Below are positions 47,964 to 58,371 of a stretch of DNA of 64,000 nucleotides, in pieces. Below the pieces are notes generated by a model, which had not been told where the DNA came from, made no database searches, and was given only the letters and a program-made list of their open reading frames with translations. A program made the translations under genes and the position numbers. Every line of letters starts with the position of its first letter. The first letter of the stretch is position 1. Origin of the DNA: an uncultured bacterium (lineage in GTDB: Bacteria; Planctomycetota; UBA1135; GCA-002686595); the NCBI GenBank assembly GCA_943787795.1, contig CALSNU010000001.1:672001-736000 (forward strand), in the 5' to 3' direction.

Positions 47964-49607
47964 ATGATTCAGCGCCAGAAGAAGAAGATCGTCCTCTACC
48001 AGCCCAAGCAGGTGGACGACAGCCTCGGAGTCGAGTCGAGCAAGGACATGCTCCCGCTCGAGCTGATGACCATCGCAGCCTTCCCGCTCGAGGATGGCTT
48101 TGACGTCAAGATCGTCGACGGGAGCCTTTACAGCGGGACGGAGGGGCATGAGCGCTTCATCCACGAGGCCGACGGCGCGCTGATGGTCGGGACCACGGCC
48201 ATCCTTGGCTACATGGTGACCGACGGTTGGCTCGCCATGAGGGCCTTGAAGGAGCGGCTCCCCGACATGCCGGCAGTCATAGGTGGTTGGTTTGCCAGCG
48301 TGAAGCCGGACCTCATGCTTGAGACGGGGCTCTACGAGTGCGTTGTGATCGGGCAGGGCGAGCTCATCTTCAGGGACGTGGTCAACGCCATCGATAGCGG
48401 AGAGTCGCTCGAGTCCATCGAGGGCATCGCGTACATGAAGGACGGTGAGGTCATCAAGACCCCGCGTCGCTCCGTGGCGGGCTGGGACCAGGTCCCCAAT
48501 GTCCCCTGGCATCTGATCGACCCCGAGCCTTACCGGGAGCATCAAATGCGCGCCCAGTCTGCGCGTGACGTGCTCCGCCTGCCGACGCCGCCTTGGATCG
48601 GCCACGGCAAGCCGTACTTCGGGATCACGTACTTCTCGAGCTACGGCTGCCCTGAGCCGTGCGGCTTTTGCTGCAGCCCAGAGATCAGCATGCGCCGCTG
48701 GAAGTGCATGCCCGCGGAACGGATGCTCGACGACATCGAGGAGCTCCACGATCGCTGGGGGTTCGATTCAATCCGGTTCCATGACGCGAACTTCGGCGTC
48801 ATGCAGAAGCGGACGCGCGCCTTCGCGGAGGGCCTCCTGAAGCGGGACCTGCGCATCGGGTGGAACTCGTTCATCGAGACGCACTCCATCCTCAACTACA
48901 AGCAGGACACGCTCGACATGATGGCCGAGTCCGGCATGTACGTGGCGGAGATCGGCGCCGAGGCAGGTCTGGACGAGATGATGCAGCGCATCGGCAAGCC
49001 CATCAAAGGCGATGACAACATCGCTGCAGCCGTGGAGATGGACCGCCGCGGCGTCCAGGGGTCGATCACTTACATCATCGGCTATCCCGGCGAGAGCGAG
49101 GAGTCGATGATGGCGACCATCGACCAGTGCCGCCGGCTTCACAACGCCGCGCCGCTCGCCCGACCCAACGTCTGGCCCTATCGGCCGATCCCGGGGACGG
49201 TCATGTGGGATGAGGCCGAGGCGCTCGGCTATCAGGGACCGAGCACTATTCCGGAGTGGGGGTCCATCGGGGAGTATCACCTCGAGGAGACCTGGCCAGG
49301 CAATATCCCGCCCAGGGTTGCCAAGGCGCGGATGATGTATCAGCACCACGCGACCCTCAGCTATGGCCTCGCCCGGGGCAAGGTCGGTTGGTGGGAGCGG
49401 CGCGCCCAGCGTCGCCTCGAGGACGGCAGCTACGCGAACGCGCGACTCGAGGCCAAGGCCTTCGGCGCCTACAGCAAGCTCTCCCGCCGCCTCTTCGGGG
49501 GCGTCGATACGGTCCGCAGCTGGGTCGATCCCGGACACAAGACCGGGACGAGCGGCAACAAGGCCTCGCGCGCCTCCGTGTCCATGACGGACGCGACCAA
49601 GGGCTGA
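47964..49607 (+). CDS. Cobalamin-binding radical SAM enzyme
   Basis: N-terminal B12-binding-like domain (PLELMTIAA, VIGGW, VIGQGE), GCPEPCGFC motif, FHDANF, IGYPGE. Confidence 0.9.
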   Translation: MIQRQKKKIVLYQPKQVDDSLGVESSKDMLPLELMTIAAFPLEDGFDVKIVDGSLYSGTEGHERFIHEADGALMVGTTAILGYMVTDGWLAMRALKERLPDMPAVIGGWFASVKPDLMLETGLYECVVIGQGELIFRDVVNAIDSGESLESIEGIAYMKDGEVIKTPRRSVAGWDQVPNVPWHLIDPEPYREHQMRAQSARDVLRLPTPPWIGHGKPYFGITYFSSYGCPEPCGFCCSPEISMRRWKCMPAERMLDDIEELHDRWGFDSIRFHDANFGVMQKRTRAFAEGLLKRDLRIGWNSFIETHSILNYKQDTLDMMAESGMYVAEIGAEAGLDEMMQRIGKPIKGDDNIAAAVEMDRRGVQGSITYIIGYPGESEESMMATIDQCRRLHNAAPLARPNVWPYRPIPGTVMWDEAEALGYQGPSTIPEWGSIGEYHLEETWPGNIPPRVAKARMMYQHHATLSYGLARGKVGWWERRAQRRLEDGSYANARLEAKAFGAYSKLSRRLFGGVDTVRSWVDPGHKTGTSGNKASRASVSMTDATKG

Positions 49608-49624
49608 GCTCTCGGAGGCGGCCT

Positions 49625-49679
49625 CAGCGGGGTCGGCACAGCGGGGTCGGCACAGCGGGGTCGGCACAGCGGGGTCGGC
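49625..49679. repeat. 14-bp tandem repeat CAGCGGGGTCGGCA x4 between convergent genes
   Basis: Units at 49625, 49639, 49653 and 49667 (the last is 13 bp), abutting the kinase stop codon. Confidence 0.9.
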
Positions 49680-51296
49680 TCAGGGAGATGGGCGCAGGAA
49701 CTGCAGCATGAGTTCCTGCAGAAGGAGGAGCCGCACCGGCTTCTCCAGGAACCCGTCCATCCCCGAGGCGAGCGCGTCCTCGCGATCGTGCTCGAAGGCC
49801 CCGGCGGTGAACGCGACGACCGGCAGGTCCCGCCAAGCGACGTCCAACTGACGGATCTCCCGGGTCGCCTCGGTCCCTGCCATGACTGGCATCATGAGGT
49901 CCATGAGCACGAGGTCGAAGGGCGCCGCCGCGATCGCGTTCACCGCGGCTCGGCCGTTGGAGACCACCTCGGCATCGGCGCCGAGCTTCCTCACGAGCCT
50001 GCGTGCGATCACCTGGTTCATCTGATTGTCCTCCACGATGAGGACGCGCGCTCCGGGGAAGAGCACCAGGTCGCTGGAGGCTGGAGCTGCCTCCTCTGCT
50101 ATGGCGGCTGGCTTGGCGCTCCCCTTCACAGGCTCAGCCTCGAAGGTGAACGCGAAGGTGCTGCCATCAGAGTCGCTGTGGAGCAGCTCAAGCGCTCCGC
50201 CCATGGCTCGGGCCAGCTCGCTCGAGATGGCGAGGCCGAGCCCTGTGCCGCCGAACTCTCTCGTCACCGAGTCGTCCGCCTGAGTGAATGGGTCGAAGAG
50301 GAAGGGCTGGGCTGCCTTGGCGATACCGATCCCGGTGTCCGAGACGGTGATCCGAACGCTTCCACCGGACAGCGGCTCGAGGCGGAGTCGGATGCTCCCC
50401 GCCGTTGTGAACTTCACCGCGTTGCCGAGCAGGTTGGCGATCACCTGTCCAATTCGACGCTCGTCTCCGAGCCGTGGTGCTCTCAGCTCCTCGTCGCAGT
50501 CGACGTCGAACCGGAGGCTCTTCGCCAGGGCCTCGGCCTCGAACTGAGCGGCCGCGCGCTGAACGACCTCCGGTAGTGACACCGGGCGCCGCTCGAGGTC
50601 AGCGCCGCTCGCCTCCAGCTTGGACAGGTCGAGGATGTCGTTCACGAGGGCGAGGAGCGACTGCGCGCAGGAGTCCATCGTGGAGATCTGCTCTCGCTGC
50701 TCGCGGGTGAGCTCGGTCGTCCGCAGCAGGTCGATCATCGCGCCGAACCCGTTGAGGGGGGTTCGGATCTCGTGGCTCATCACCGCGAGGAAGCGCTCCT
50801 TGGCCCGGACCGCGGCGTGCGCGTCATTCAGGGCTGCGCTGAGCTCCTTGCCCAGCTCACGAGCATCGTTCAGGGCCGTCCGGCTCGTCTGCATGACGAG
50901 GAGGAGGTCCGGGGTTGAATCACTGGGCGGGAAGTCCGTCAGGGTCAATTCCTGCTCGGCGACCTCGCTTACGCTGCGGAGGACGGGGGATCCGATGAAG
51001 GCGACCTGCCCGCCAGCTTCGAGAGGGATCATGCTCCCCTTGATGCTGAGGTTGGAGACGCGGTGGCGTAGGACGACCGTGAGCCCCGTGGAGGGCTCGA
51101 TCGCAGCGATGGAGTTGAGGTCGCGTGGGCGGAGGACCTCGAAGGCCGCGTCCGCTGCCGTTCCCTCCAGTACGTCTCGCCGTCGCCCAAGAACCTCGCC
51201 GACGACAGAGATTCGGTGCTCGTGATCGAGGATGAAGCCGAAGGGAAATGACTCGGCGAACCGCTCACGGGAGATCGAGATCTCAGCGTCGCTCAT
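49680..51296 (-). CDS. Hybrid histidine kinase with N-terminal HNOBA (H-NOX-associated PAS) domain and receiver domain
   Basis: FAESFPFGFILD...FIGSP...LTLTDFPPSD HNOBA-like region; SHEIRTPLN, NLLGNAVKFT, GGTGLGL; receiver EDN...MDLMMP...KP. Confidence 0.92.
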   Translation of the reverse strand: MSDAEISISRERFAESFPFGFILDHEHRISVVGEVLGRRRDVLEGTAADAAFEVLRPRDLNSIAAIEPSTGLTVVLRHRVSNLSIKGSMIPLEAGGQVAFIGSPVLRSVSEVAEQELTLTDFPPSDSTPDLLLVMQTSRTALNDARELGKELSAALNDAHAAVRAKERFLAVMSHEIRTPLNGFGAMIDLLRTTELTREQREQISTMDSCAQSLLALVNDILDLSKLEASGADLERRPVSLPEVVQRAAAQFEAEALAKSLRFDVDCDEELRAPRLGDERRIGQVIANLLGNAVKFTTAGSIRLRLEPLSGGSVRITVSDTGIGIAKAAQPFLFDPFTQADDSVTREFGGTGLGLAISSELARAMGGALELLHSDSDGSTFAFTFEAEPVKGSAKPAAIAEEAAPASSDLVLFPGARVLIVEDNQMNQVIARRLVRKLGADAEVVSNGRAAVNAIAAAPFDLVLMDLMMPVMAGTEATREIRQLDVAWRDLPVVAFTAGAFEHDREDALASGMDGFLEKPVRLLLLQELMLQFLRPSP

Positions 51297-51844
51297 GACC
51301 CCGCTGCGCTCTCCCTCAGGCGGAACTGCTTGTGTCCGGGGGCTTGGTCTTCGAGGAGCTCAATCTCAATGGTCTCGTCAAAGCGCCTGGCCAGCCCCTT
51401 GATCAGGCCGATCACCATCGGCGCGAGGCCCTCTCGCTTGGAGTAGTAGTGGAGGATGCTGGACCCATCGCCGAGGGCCTCGCGCCTGAAACTCGGTGGG
51501 ACCAGCTCAGGCATGGCGTCCCCGATGCGCTCGTGCATCTTGTCGAGGTTGTCGAGGAATTCGTTGAGGGTGCTGCCCATCATCGAGACGAGGTCGCCGT
51601 AGCCCTCCTCGATGGTGTAAATGGTCCAGTACTCGCCGAAGGCCTCGAGCACCGCTTCAGGGGGCAAGTCGAGTGTCTTCGAGGCGGCGTCAACCAGCCG
51701 ATAGGTGACCGCGTCGTCATAGACGTCCATGGCGACGAAGCCGCCGGGATCGATCCCAGCTCGCTCGCAGATGGTTGTCCAGGCCGCATCTCCGAAGCGG
51801 CTCCTGACGAGGCCTTCGACGGCGCGATTGACGAGTCCGTACAT
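51293..51844 (-). CDS. H-NOX (HNOB) heme NO-binding protein
   Basis: MYGLVN start, YDD, LDKMH proximal His, PPSF, and the YSKR (Y-x-S-x-R) motif. Confidence 0.95.
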   Translation of the reverse strand: MYGLVNRAVEGLVRSRFGDAAWTTICERAGIDPGGFVAMDVYDDAVTYRLVDAASKTLDLPPEAVLEAFGEYWTIYTIEEGYGDLVSMMGSTLNEFLDNLDKMHERIGDAMPELVPPSFRREALGDGSSILHYYSKREGLAPMVIGLIKGLARRFDETIEIELLEDQAPGHKQFRLRESAAGS

Positions 51845-51974
51845 GATGAGCAGTGGGTCCAGGGTAGCGGTGAGGCAGGGTCTACATGAGAACCCGGATC
51901 TGGCGTCTCGTCCACACCAACAGTCGCTCTCGTGGTGAGCCGCCCGGTTGCGTCAGCTGGTCACCCCTCGTCTC

Positions 51975-53897
51975 TCAGAGGTCGACTTCGGTCGCCTCTT
52001 CTGCGCGATCCATGATGAAGCGGAACCGCGCGGAGGGATCCTTGCCCATCAGGTCGTTCATGACCCGATCGGTGACCAGCCCGTCCGCGATCTCGACGCG
52101 GAGCAGTCGGCGCTGAGCCGGGTCGAGGGTCGTCTCCCAGAGCGTGCGGGGCATCATCTCACCGAGGCCCTTGAAGCGGGTGATCGACGGCGTCGAACGC
52201 GCGCTGCCGTGCTCGGAGATGATCCGGTCTCGGTCCGCCTCGTCCGCGGCCCACCAGGTCTCCTTGGCGATGTCCACGCGATAGAGGGGGGGGACCGCGA
52301 TGTACAGGCGGCCGGCCGAGATGAGGCCGGGCAGGTGGCGGTAGAAGAAGGTCAGCAGAAGCGTCGTGATGTGGTGGCCGTCCGAGTCCGCGTCCGCCAG
52401 CAGGATGACCCGCTGGTAGCGGAGCTTGGAGAGGTCGAAGTCCGTCCCGATGCCGCAGCCCAGCGCCGTCAGGAGGTCGGCCAGCTCCTTGTTATCCAGG
52501 ACCTTCTTCAGGCCGGCATCTTCGGTGTTCAGGACCTTCCCGCGCAGCGGGAGAATGGCCTGGAGCGTCCGGTCTCGGCCCTGCTTGGCCGACCCGCCCG
52601 CCGAATCACCCTCGACGATGAAGAGCTCGGAGTTGTCGCGGTTCTTCGTCGAACAGTCAGAGAGCTTGCCGGGGAGCGTCAGGCGGCTGGTAGCGGACTT
52701 TCGAGAGACAGAGGCTGAAGCCGCCCGACTGGCGGCGCGTGCCCGGCTGGCGGCAATGACCCGGGTGATGATCTGCTCGGCGGTGGAGCTGTTCGAGTTC
52801 AGCCACTTCTCGAGGGCCGGCCGCAGGGCGCCATCCACGAGGGCCTGGACCTCAGGATTGTTGAGCCGGTCCTTGGTTTGGCCCTGGAACTGCGGGTCTG
52901 CGATGAAGACGGAGAGGATGCCCAGGATCCCCTCGCGGATGTCTTCGTGCGTGATCTTGACGCCCCGCGGGGTGAGCTTGTGGGTCTCGATGTAGTTCCG
53001 GACCGCCTTGTTGAGCCCGGCACGGAAGCCGTTCTCATGGCTGCCGCCAGAGCTGGTCGTGATCCCGTTGACGTAGCTCCTGACGTGCTCGTCGGTGGAG
53101 TCGGTCCACTGGAAGACCATCTCGACGCGCGCGTCCGCGGTCTCCTTTGCAAGGAAGAACGGCTCCTCATGGATAGGAGAGGCCGAGCGGGACTTGCTGA
53201 CGTCGGCAAGGTAGTCCCGGATCCCGTTCTCGTGTCGGAAGACGGTGCGCTTGCCGGCGACCTCATCCACGAAGACCATCTTCACATTGGAGTGAAGGAA
53301 CGCCGCGGTCTCCAAGCGCTGCTGCAGAGTCTCCGAGTTGAACGTCGTCTTTGGGAAGATCTTCGGGTCAGGCGTGAAGGTGATCGTCGTGCCTGAGCCG
53401 CGGACCTCCTTGTCCTTGGCCTTGAGGAGCTTGGTCGCGGGGACCCCGCGGGCGAAGTCCATCTTGTACTGACCCCCGTCGCGGCGGATCACGGCGGTGA
53501 GCTTCTTGGAGAGGGCGTTGACCACGGACGCGCCGACGCCGTGCAGCCCGCCGGAGGTCTTGTAGTTCCCGTCGCCGTCGTTCTGGAACTTTCCGCCCGC
53601 GTGCAGCTCCGTCAGGACGAGCTCGAGGCCCGACTTCCCGGTCTTCTTGTTCCGGTCGACGGGGATCCCTCGCCCGTTATCGGCGACCGTCACCGTCTCG
53701 CCGGTCTTGTGCAGCGTGAGGGTGATCTCGGTCGCGTGGCCGTTCATGGCCTCGTCCACGGAGTTGTCCAGGACCTCCCACACGAGGTGGTGGAGCCCGG
53801 CGCTGTTGACGCCGCCGATGTACATCCCGGGGCGCTTGCGTACCGCCTCGAGACCCTGGAGGACGGTGAGCTGGTCTGCGGTGTAAGCCTTGGCCAT
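51975..53897 (-). CDS. parE: Type IIA topoisomerase B subunit (topoisomerase IV ParE-like)
   Basis: VRKRPGMYIG, EVLDNSVDE, LHAGGKF, GLHGVG, EGDSAGGS, PLRGK, DADSDG, RFKGLGEM; about 640 aa. Confidence 0.85.
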   Translation of the reverse strand: MAKAYTADQLTVLQGLEAVRKRPGMYIGGVNSAGLHHLVWEVLDNSVDEAMNGHATEITLTLHKTGETVTVADNGRGIPVDRNKKTGKSGLELVLTELHAGGKFQNDGDGNYKTSGGLHGVGASVVNALSKKLTAVIRRDGGQYKMDFARGVPATKLLKAKDKEVRGSGTTITFTPDPKIFPKTTFNSETLQQRLETAAFLHSNVKMVFVDEVAGKRTVFRHENGIRDYLADVSKSRSASPIHEEPFFLAKETADARVEMVFQWTDSTDEHVRSYVNGITTSSGGSHENGFRAGLNKAVRNYIETHKLTPRGVKITHEDIREGILGILSVFIADPQFQGQTKDRLNNPEVQALVDGALRPALEKWLNSNSSTAEQIITRVIAASRARAASRAASASVSRKSATSRLTLPGKLSDCSTKNRDNSELFIVEGDSAGGSAKQGRDRTLQAILPLRGKVLNTEDAGLKKVLDNKELADLLTALGCGIGTDFDLSKLRYQRVILLADADSDGHHITTLLLTFFYRHLPGLISAGRLYIAVPPLYRVDIAKETWWAADEADRDRIISEHGSARSTPSITRFKGLGEMMPRTLWETTLDPAQRRLLRVEIADGLVTDRVMNDLMGKDPSARFRFIMDRAEEATEVDL

Positions 53898-53901
53898 CGT
53901 G

Positions 53902-56382
53902 CTAGAGAGTCGGCGCGCTGACCGGGTCGTGGACGATCTGCTTGATGCGTCCGTTCTTCTGGATCTCAGTCCCGACGCCGCCGCGCGAGGTCGTGCGGTA
54001 CTTGACCGTGGAGATGTTCTTCTGGGCCCCGCGGTTGGTCTCCACCGTGAGCAGGTCTCGGTCCCCGCGGCTCGCCTTGAAGCCCAGCAAGGCGTCGTCC
54101 TTGGCGACCTTGATGAGCTGGACCCCCTTGCCCGGCCCGCCGAGGTAGTTGATCTCCTCCGCGGCGCACACGATCGCTCGGCAGCGCTGGGTGACGGCGA
54201 GGATGGTCTCGCTGCCGTGCAGCTTGAGCGCCCCGATGACGGCCTTGCCGGCGCTCGGCCTTGCGAAGCGCCGGCCAGACCGGGTGGAGGGCTCCTGGAA
54301 CTTGTCGAGGCCGAAGCGGAGGGCATAGCCATCGCTCGTGGCCGCGAAGCCGTGGATCATGGGGCAGGAGTCGGGGCGCTTGGGGTCCTCGGCGATACTG
54401 CCCTTGAGCGTGCGGGGGTCGAATGAGATGACCGCGACGATGCGCTCCCCGTCCTTCAGCTTGAAGAGCTTCTGGATCGGCTCGCCGAATCCCGTTGATG
54501 AGGGGAGGTCCGCGAAGCGGGCGGTGTAGCAGGTGCCTGCGGAGGAGAAGAAACCCACCGTCGCGCGGGTCGATCCGGCCACGCATGCGAGGACGCTATC
54601 TCCGTCGCGGATCCGTGACTTGGACGGCTCCTTGATCTCCTTCTGTCGCTTGACCCAGCCGTCCCGGGTGACGAGCAGGTGGGTGTCCTCGGCGACGATG
54701 AAGTCCTCCTCCGAGTATTCGACCTCCTCGGTCGGGGCCTCGATCACGGTACGGCGCTTGGCCTCCTTGGACTTTCCGAGCTCCTTGAGCACGTCCCGGA
54801 GCTCCTCGCGGACGATGCCCCAGCGTCCGGATGAAGCCGGGTCGCTGTCGTCGTCCCCGAGCAGGCCGCGGATCTCGTCGGCGCGCGTGCGCTTGGCCTC
54901 GAGCTCGTCGAGCACGAGGTTGATCTCGAGCTTGGCGAGCCGGTACAGCTTGAGCTCGAGGATCGCGTCGGTTTGCTCCTCGTCGAGCTGCTTGTACTTC
55001 TTGAGGATCTTCTTGGCCGCATCGGCCTTTCCGCTCGACGCCCGGATGATCCGGATGATGTCGTCGAGGGCGTCGAAGACGAGGGCGAACCCCTCAAGGA
55101 TGTGGATCCGCTTCTCCAGTCCCTGAAGCTCGTTCCGAAGGCGCCGGGTCACGACGTCGAGCCGGAAGTGGAGGAAGTGCCACAGGACCTCCTTCAGGCC
55201 GAGCCGGGACGGGGCGCCCACCTCGGGGTTTTCGGTGGGGACGAGGCAGGTGAGGTTGTAGCTGTAGTTGACCTGCAGGTTGGTGTGCTTGTGGAGGTAC
55301 GCCAGCACCTTCTGCTCGTCCGCGTCCTTCTTGAGGTCCAGCTCGACCCGGATGTCCTCCGCGGACAGGTCGCGGACGTCGAGGATCAGCGCCATCTTGC
55401 GCTGGACGACGATCTGGCCGATCTGCTCCACGAGGGTCGCCTTGTTGACGCCGTAGGGCACGCTCGAGATGACCATCGTCTTCGTGCTGCGCGACTTCAG
55501 CTTGCGGTCGATCACACACGTGCCGCGAATCTTGATGCCACCTGAGCCACTCTTGTAGATCTCGCGCAGCTGCTCCCGCGAGGCGATGACATGCCCGCCG
55601 GTGGGGAAGTCCGGGCCCTGCACGGCATCGTTGGCCACGAGCTGGTAGTCCTTGACCTCCGGGTCCGCCAGCACCTTGAGGCAAGCGGAGATCGTCTCTG
55701 CCATGTTGTGCGGCGGAATGTTGGTGGCCATGCCGACCGCGATCCCCGCGCCGCCGTTGACCAGCAGGTTGGGGTAGCGAGCGGGTAGCACCACCGGCTC
55801 CTCGTTTGTGCCGTCGTAGTTGGGCCGGAAGGGGACCGTGCCGTTTCGGATGTCGTCGAGCAGCGGCAGAGCGGGGGGCGCGAGCCGGCACTCGGTGTAC
55901 CGGTAGGCGGCCGCGGAGTCGCCGTCGATGGAGCCGAAGTTGCCGTGACCGTCCACCAGGTTGTGGCGCATCTGCCACGGCTGCGCCATGCGGACCAGGG
56001 CGTCGTAGAGGGCCGTATCCCCGTGGGGGTGGAAGTCCTTGAGGGCAGCCCCTACGACCCCCGCACACTTGCGGGGTTTCGCGTCCGGGAGCATGCGCTC
56101 GCGGAGCATCGTGTACAGGATCCGGCGCTGTACGGGTTTGAGCCCGTCACGCACGTCCGGGAGGGCTCGGCTCGTGATGACCGATAGCGAGTAGTTGAGG
56201 TAGCGAGCCTGGGCCGCCTCGTGAAGCGCGACCGCCTCCTCACCGTTTCCGGATACGCCGTCGCTGGACCCGCCGTCGCCGCCGGCTCCACCTGAGTCCT
56301 CGAAGAGCCCGGGGGCTGACTCCTTGGATCGTTCGCTGGTCCTTGTTTTCTTCGTCGATCTCGACGTCTTGGTGCGCGCCAC
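53902..56382 (-). CDS. parC: Type IIA topoisomerase A subunit (topoisomerase IV ParC-like)
   Basis: [31 protein letters not shown] active-site Tyr, [14 protein letters not shown]; no canonical GyrA-box seen. Confidence 0.85.
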   Translation of the reverse strand: MARTKTSRSTKKTRTSERSKESAPGLFEDSGGAGGDGGSSDGVSGNGEEAVALHEAAQARYLNYSLSVITSRALPDVRDGLKPVQRRILYTMLRERMLPDAKPRKCAGVVGAALKDFHPHGDTALYDALVRMAQPWQMRHNLVDGHGNFGSIDGDSAAAYRYTECRLAPPALPLLDDIRNGTVPFRPNYDGTNEEPVVLPARYPNLLVNGGAGIAVGMATNIPPHNMAETISACLKVLADPEVKDYQLVANDAVQGPDFPTGGHVIASREQLREIYKSGSGGIKIRGTCVIDRKLKSRSTKTMVISSVPYGVNKATLVEQIGQIVVQRKMALILDVRDLSAEDIRVELDLKKDADEQKVLAYLHKHTNLQVNYSYNLTCLVPTENPEVGAPSRLGLKEVLWHFLHFRLDVVTRRLRNELQGLEKRIHILEGFALVFDALDDIIRIIRASSGKADAAKKILKKYKQLDEEQTDAILELKLYRLAKLEINLVLDELEAKRTRADEIRGLLGDDDSDPASSGRWGIVREELRDVLKELGKSKEAKRRTVIEAPTEEVEYSEEDFIVAEDTHLLVTRDGWVKRQKEIKEPSKSRIRDGDSVLACVAGSTRATVGFFSSAGTCYTARFADLPSSTGFGEPIQKLFKLKDGERIVAVISFDPRTLKGSIAEDPKRPDSCPMIHGFAATSDGYALRFGLDKFQEPSTRSGRRFARPSAGKAVIGALKLHGSETILAVTQRCRAIVCAAEEINYLGGPGKGVQLIKVAKDDALLGFKASRGDRDLLTVETNRGAQKNISTVKYRTTSRGGVGTEIQKNGRIKQIVHDPVSAPTL

Positions 56383-56490
56383 TGGAGGGTCCTCGATGCT
56401 CGCCCGCGCACGCCCGGGGCGGCTCACGCTGGGGAACCCGCGCACGATAGAGGCGCGGGGAGGGCCGTACAACCCCGCGGCGGTCTCGGG

Positions 56491-56844
56491 CTACGCTTCC
56501 TGCCAGAGAGCCGCGTCGATCACCGATGCGGCATGCAGCACGAACCCGATGATGCCGGGGAGGATCAGGAACCAGAGGCCGTAACCAATGGTCGTCCCCA
56601 GGAAGAGGAAGGCGGCCGAGAAGACCCGGCCCTGCACGAGCTGACCCAGTCCCGGGACGAAGAAGGAGGCCAAGGCAGCCAGGACGTTGCCCGAGGAGCC
56701 CCGCCGGGACCGCTTGGGGTGTCCGATCCGGACAAGGTCCTCTTCGGGGAGGCCTTCGGCCTGGTCGCGGTAGATGCGTAGGGAAACCATGGGGCCTCTT
56801 GTTGGGAGGTCATCGGCACCAATTTCATCGGGCCCCGAGTTCAT
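56491..56844 (-). CDS. Small membrane protein
   Basis: AALASFFVPGLGQLVQGR motif followed by two TM helices. Confidence 0.65.
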   Translation of the reverse strand: MNSGPDEIGADDLPTRGPMVSLRIYRDQAEGLPEEDLVRIGHPKRSRRGSSGNVLAALASFFVPGLGQLVQGRVFSAAFLFLGTTIGYGLWFLILPGIIGFVLHAASVIDAALWQEA

Positions 56845-57026
56845 GCTCCGAGGCTCCGCAGGATGAGCCAGCCCAGCATGAAGATCGCCGGCCCCGACGA
56901 GATGCACCCCGCCTTGAGGTGCCGCTGCTGGAGCGAGCCGGCGCAGCCGGGGCAAACCCTCGGCGCCGGCCTGGGGAGGACCTGCCCGCAGTGCGGGCAT
57001 TGTTTGGAGTCGATCAGGCGCGGCAT
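56841..57026 (-). CDS. Small zinc-ribbon protein
   Basis: CPHC...CPGC and a hydrophobic C-terminus; ATGA overlap with the next gene. Confidence 0.6.
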   Translation of the reverse strand: MPRLIDSKQCPHCGQVLPRPAPRVCPGCAGSLQQRHLKAGCISSGPAIFMLGWLILRSLGA

Positions 57027-57041
57027 GGGGCTCTTCTGAGG

Positions 57042-57866
57042 CTAATGCTCTGTGCCGCTCAGATCGATCGGGTCCGGGAGGATGTTGCGGGGGCAGACGC
57101 CCGCCAGCGCTGCGCGGCGCTGAAACTCGGCCAGGCTGGGCGCCATGGACGCCCCGGGGTCGTAGCTGCACTCCTCGGACAGGTACTCAAAGCACTTGCC
57201 TTCGGGGAGGCCCCACTCGGTCGCCGCCTGTGCCGAGAGCTGTCGGATGGAGGCCCGCCCCGCCTCCCGGGCCCGGGCGAAGGCTCCGAGGTGGGGCTCG
57301 ATGTCCACGTCGCCGCGGACGATCCAGGCGGCGAAGATGAAGGGCAAGCCCGTGCGCCGCCGCCACTCCTCGCTGGGATTCCAGGCGGGAGCGTCAATGG
57401 TCAGGGTCTCACGCAGCGCCGGGTCTCCAATGCGGAGCCACGCGTCTGCGTCCTCTTCCTCGCGCGGATCTGCGCCCAGGGGCACCTCCTCGTACCTCGG
57501 GGGCCCGCCCTCTCGCTCGTGGAGAAGCGTCCGTGTGAGGGCCGCCGCCGCGCGGCTGGAGGGGTCCATGGCGATGGATTGCACTTCCTGGATTGGCTTG
57601 CGGAGGAAGACCTGCACGCTCCCCACGTAGCTCTCGCCCGCCACACCGATGCCGTCGATGAAACGATAGCCCGGCGTGCGAAAGAGCTCGATGGAGGAGA
57701 CCAGGGCGACGTCGATCTCGCCGCCGCGGAGCTGATCAATGAGGACCGCCGGCACGGCATGGTGGAGGTCGATCCCCGGCTCATCACCGAGGCCCAGGTC
57801 GAGGGGGCGGCCGACGAGGTAGGGGACGGAGCCCACGCGGAGGGCGCTTGTCTTGGGGGGGGGCAT
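57042..57866 (-). CDS. mqnA: Chorismate dehydratase MqnA (futalosine menaquinone pathway)
   Basis: RVGSVPYL...PL, DVALVSSIE, VGSV, LRIGDPAL, W...TGLPFIFAAW. Confidence 0.88.
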   Translation of the reverse strand: MPPPKTSALRVGSVPYLVGRPLDLGLGDEPGIDLHHAVPAVLIDQLRGGEIDVALVSSIELFRTPGYRFIDGIGVAGESYVGSVQVFLRKPIQEVQSIAMDPSSRAAAALTRTLLHEREGGPPRYEEVPLGADPREEEDADAWLRIGDPALRETLTIDAPAWNPSEEWRRRTGLPFIFAAWIVRGDVDIEPHLGAFARAREAGRASIRQLSAQAATEWGLPEGKCFEYLSEECSYDPGASMAPSLAEFQRRAALAGVCPRNILPDPIDLSGTEH

Positions 57867-58047
57867 GGCAGCCAGGAGTCTAGCGGTCGAGCCCGCGCAC
57901 GAATCTGTTGAAGGCTGCAACGCCCGGCGGATTGATCCGTCTCGCCCGTGAGGGCCTGAAGGGTCAGCTCGACGGTCCTGGCCTCTCTCGCCCCCAGGGG
58001 GGGCGCCTGGGCCGTGAACTCCGGAGAGCCGTCCCCCGGAGCGCGAC

Positions 58048-58223
58048 GGCTCCGGAATGCGGCGGCTCCGGAATGCGGCGGCTCCGGAATGCGGCGGCCC
58101 CGAAACGCGATGGCCCCGAAACGCGATGGCCTCGAAACGCGATGGCCTCGAAACGCGATGGCCTCGAAACGCGATGGCCTCGAAACGCAATGGCTGAGGA
58201 GCGGGATGGCTCCGAAGCGTGAT
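58048..58223. repeat. 16-bp-period tandem array, 11 units with progressive sequence drift
   Basis: GGCTCCGGAATGCGGC x3, GGCCCCGAAACGCGAT x2, GGCCTCGAAACGCGAT x3, then three degenerate units. Confidence 0.92.
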
Positions 58224-58371
58224 GACCATGGAATACCCGGACCAAGAGAAGTCAGCGATCATGAACTGTCCGCCCCGAGACCAAGTGACGATGAGGCACT
58301 CAGGGTCCGCAAGCGCCCTCCTTGAGCGCCCATGTGGTAAGCCCCACGCCTATGGAGGTTCCGGCCATCGG

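Noticed and set aside
58048..58223. Possible CRISPR array
   Set aside because: The units are contiguous 16-mers with no unique spacers, and there are no cas genes in the window.
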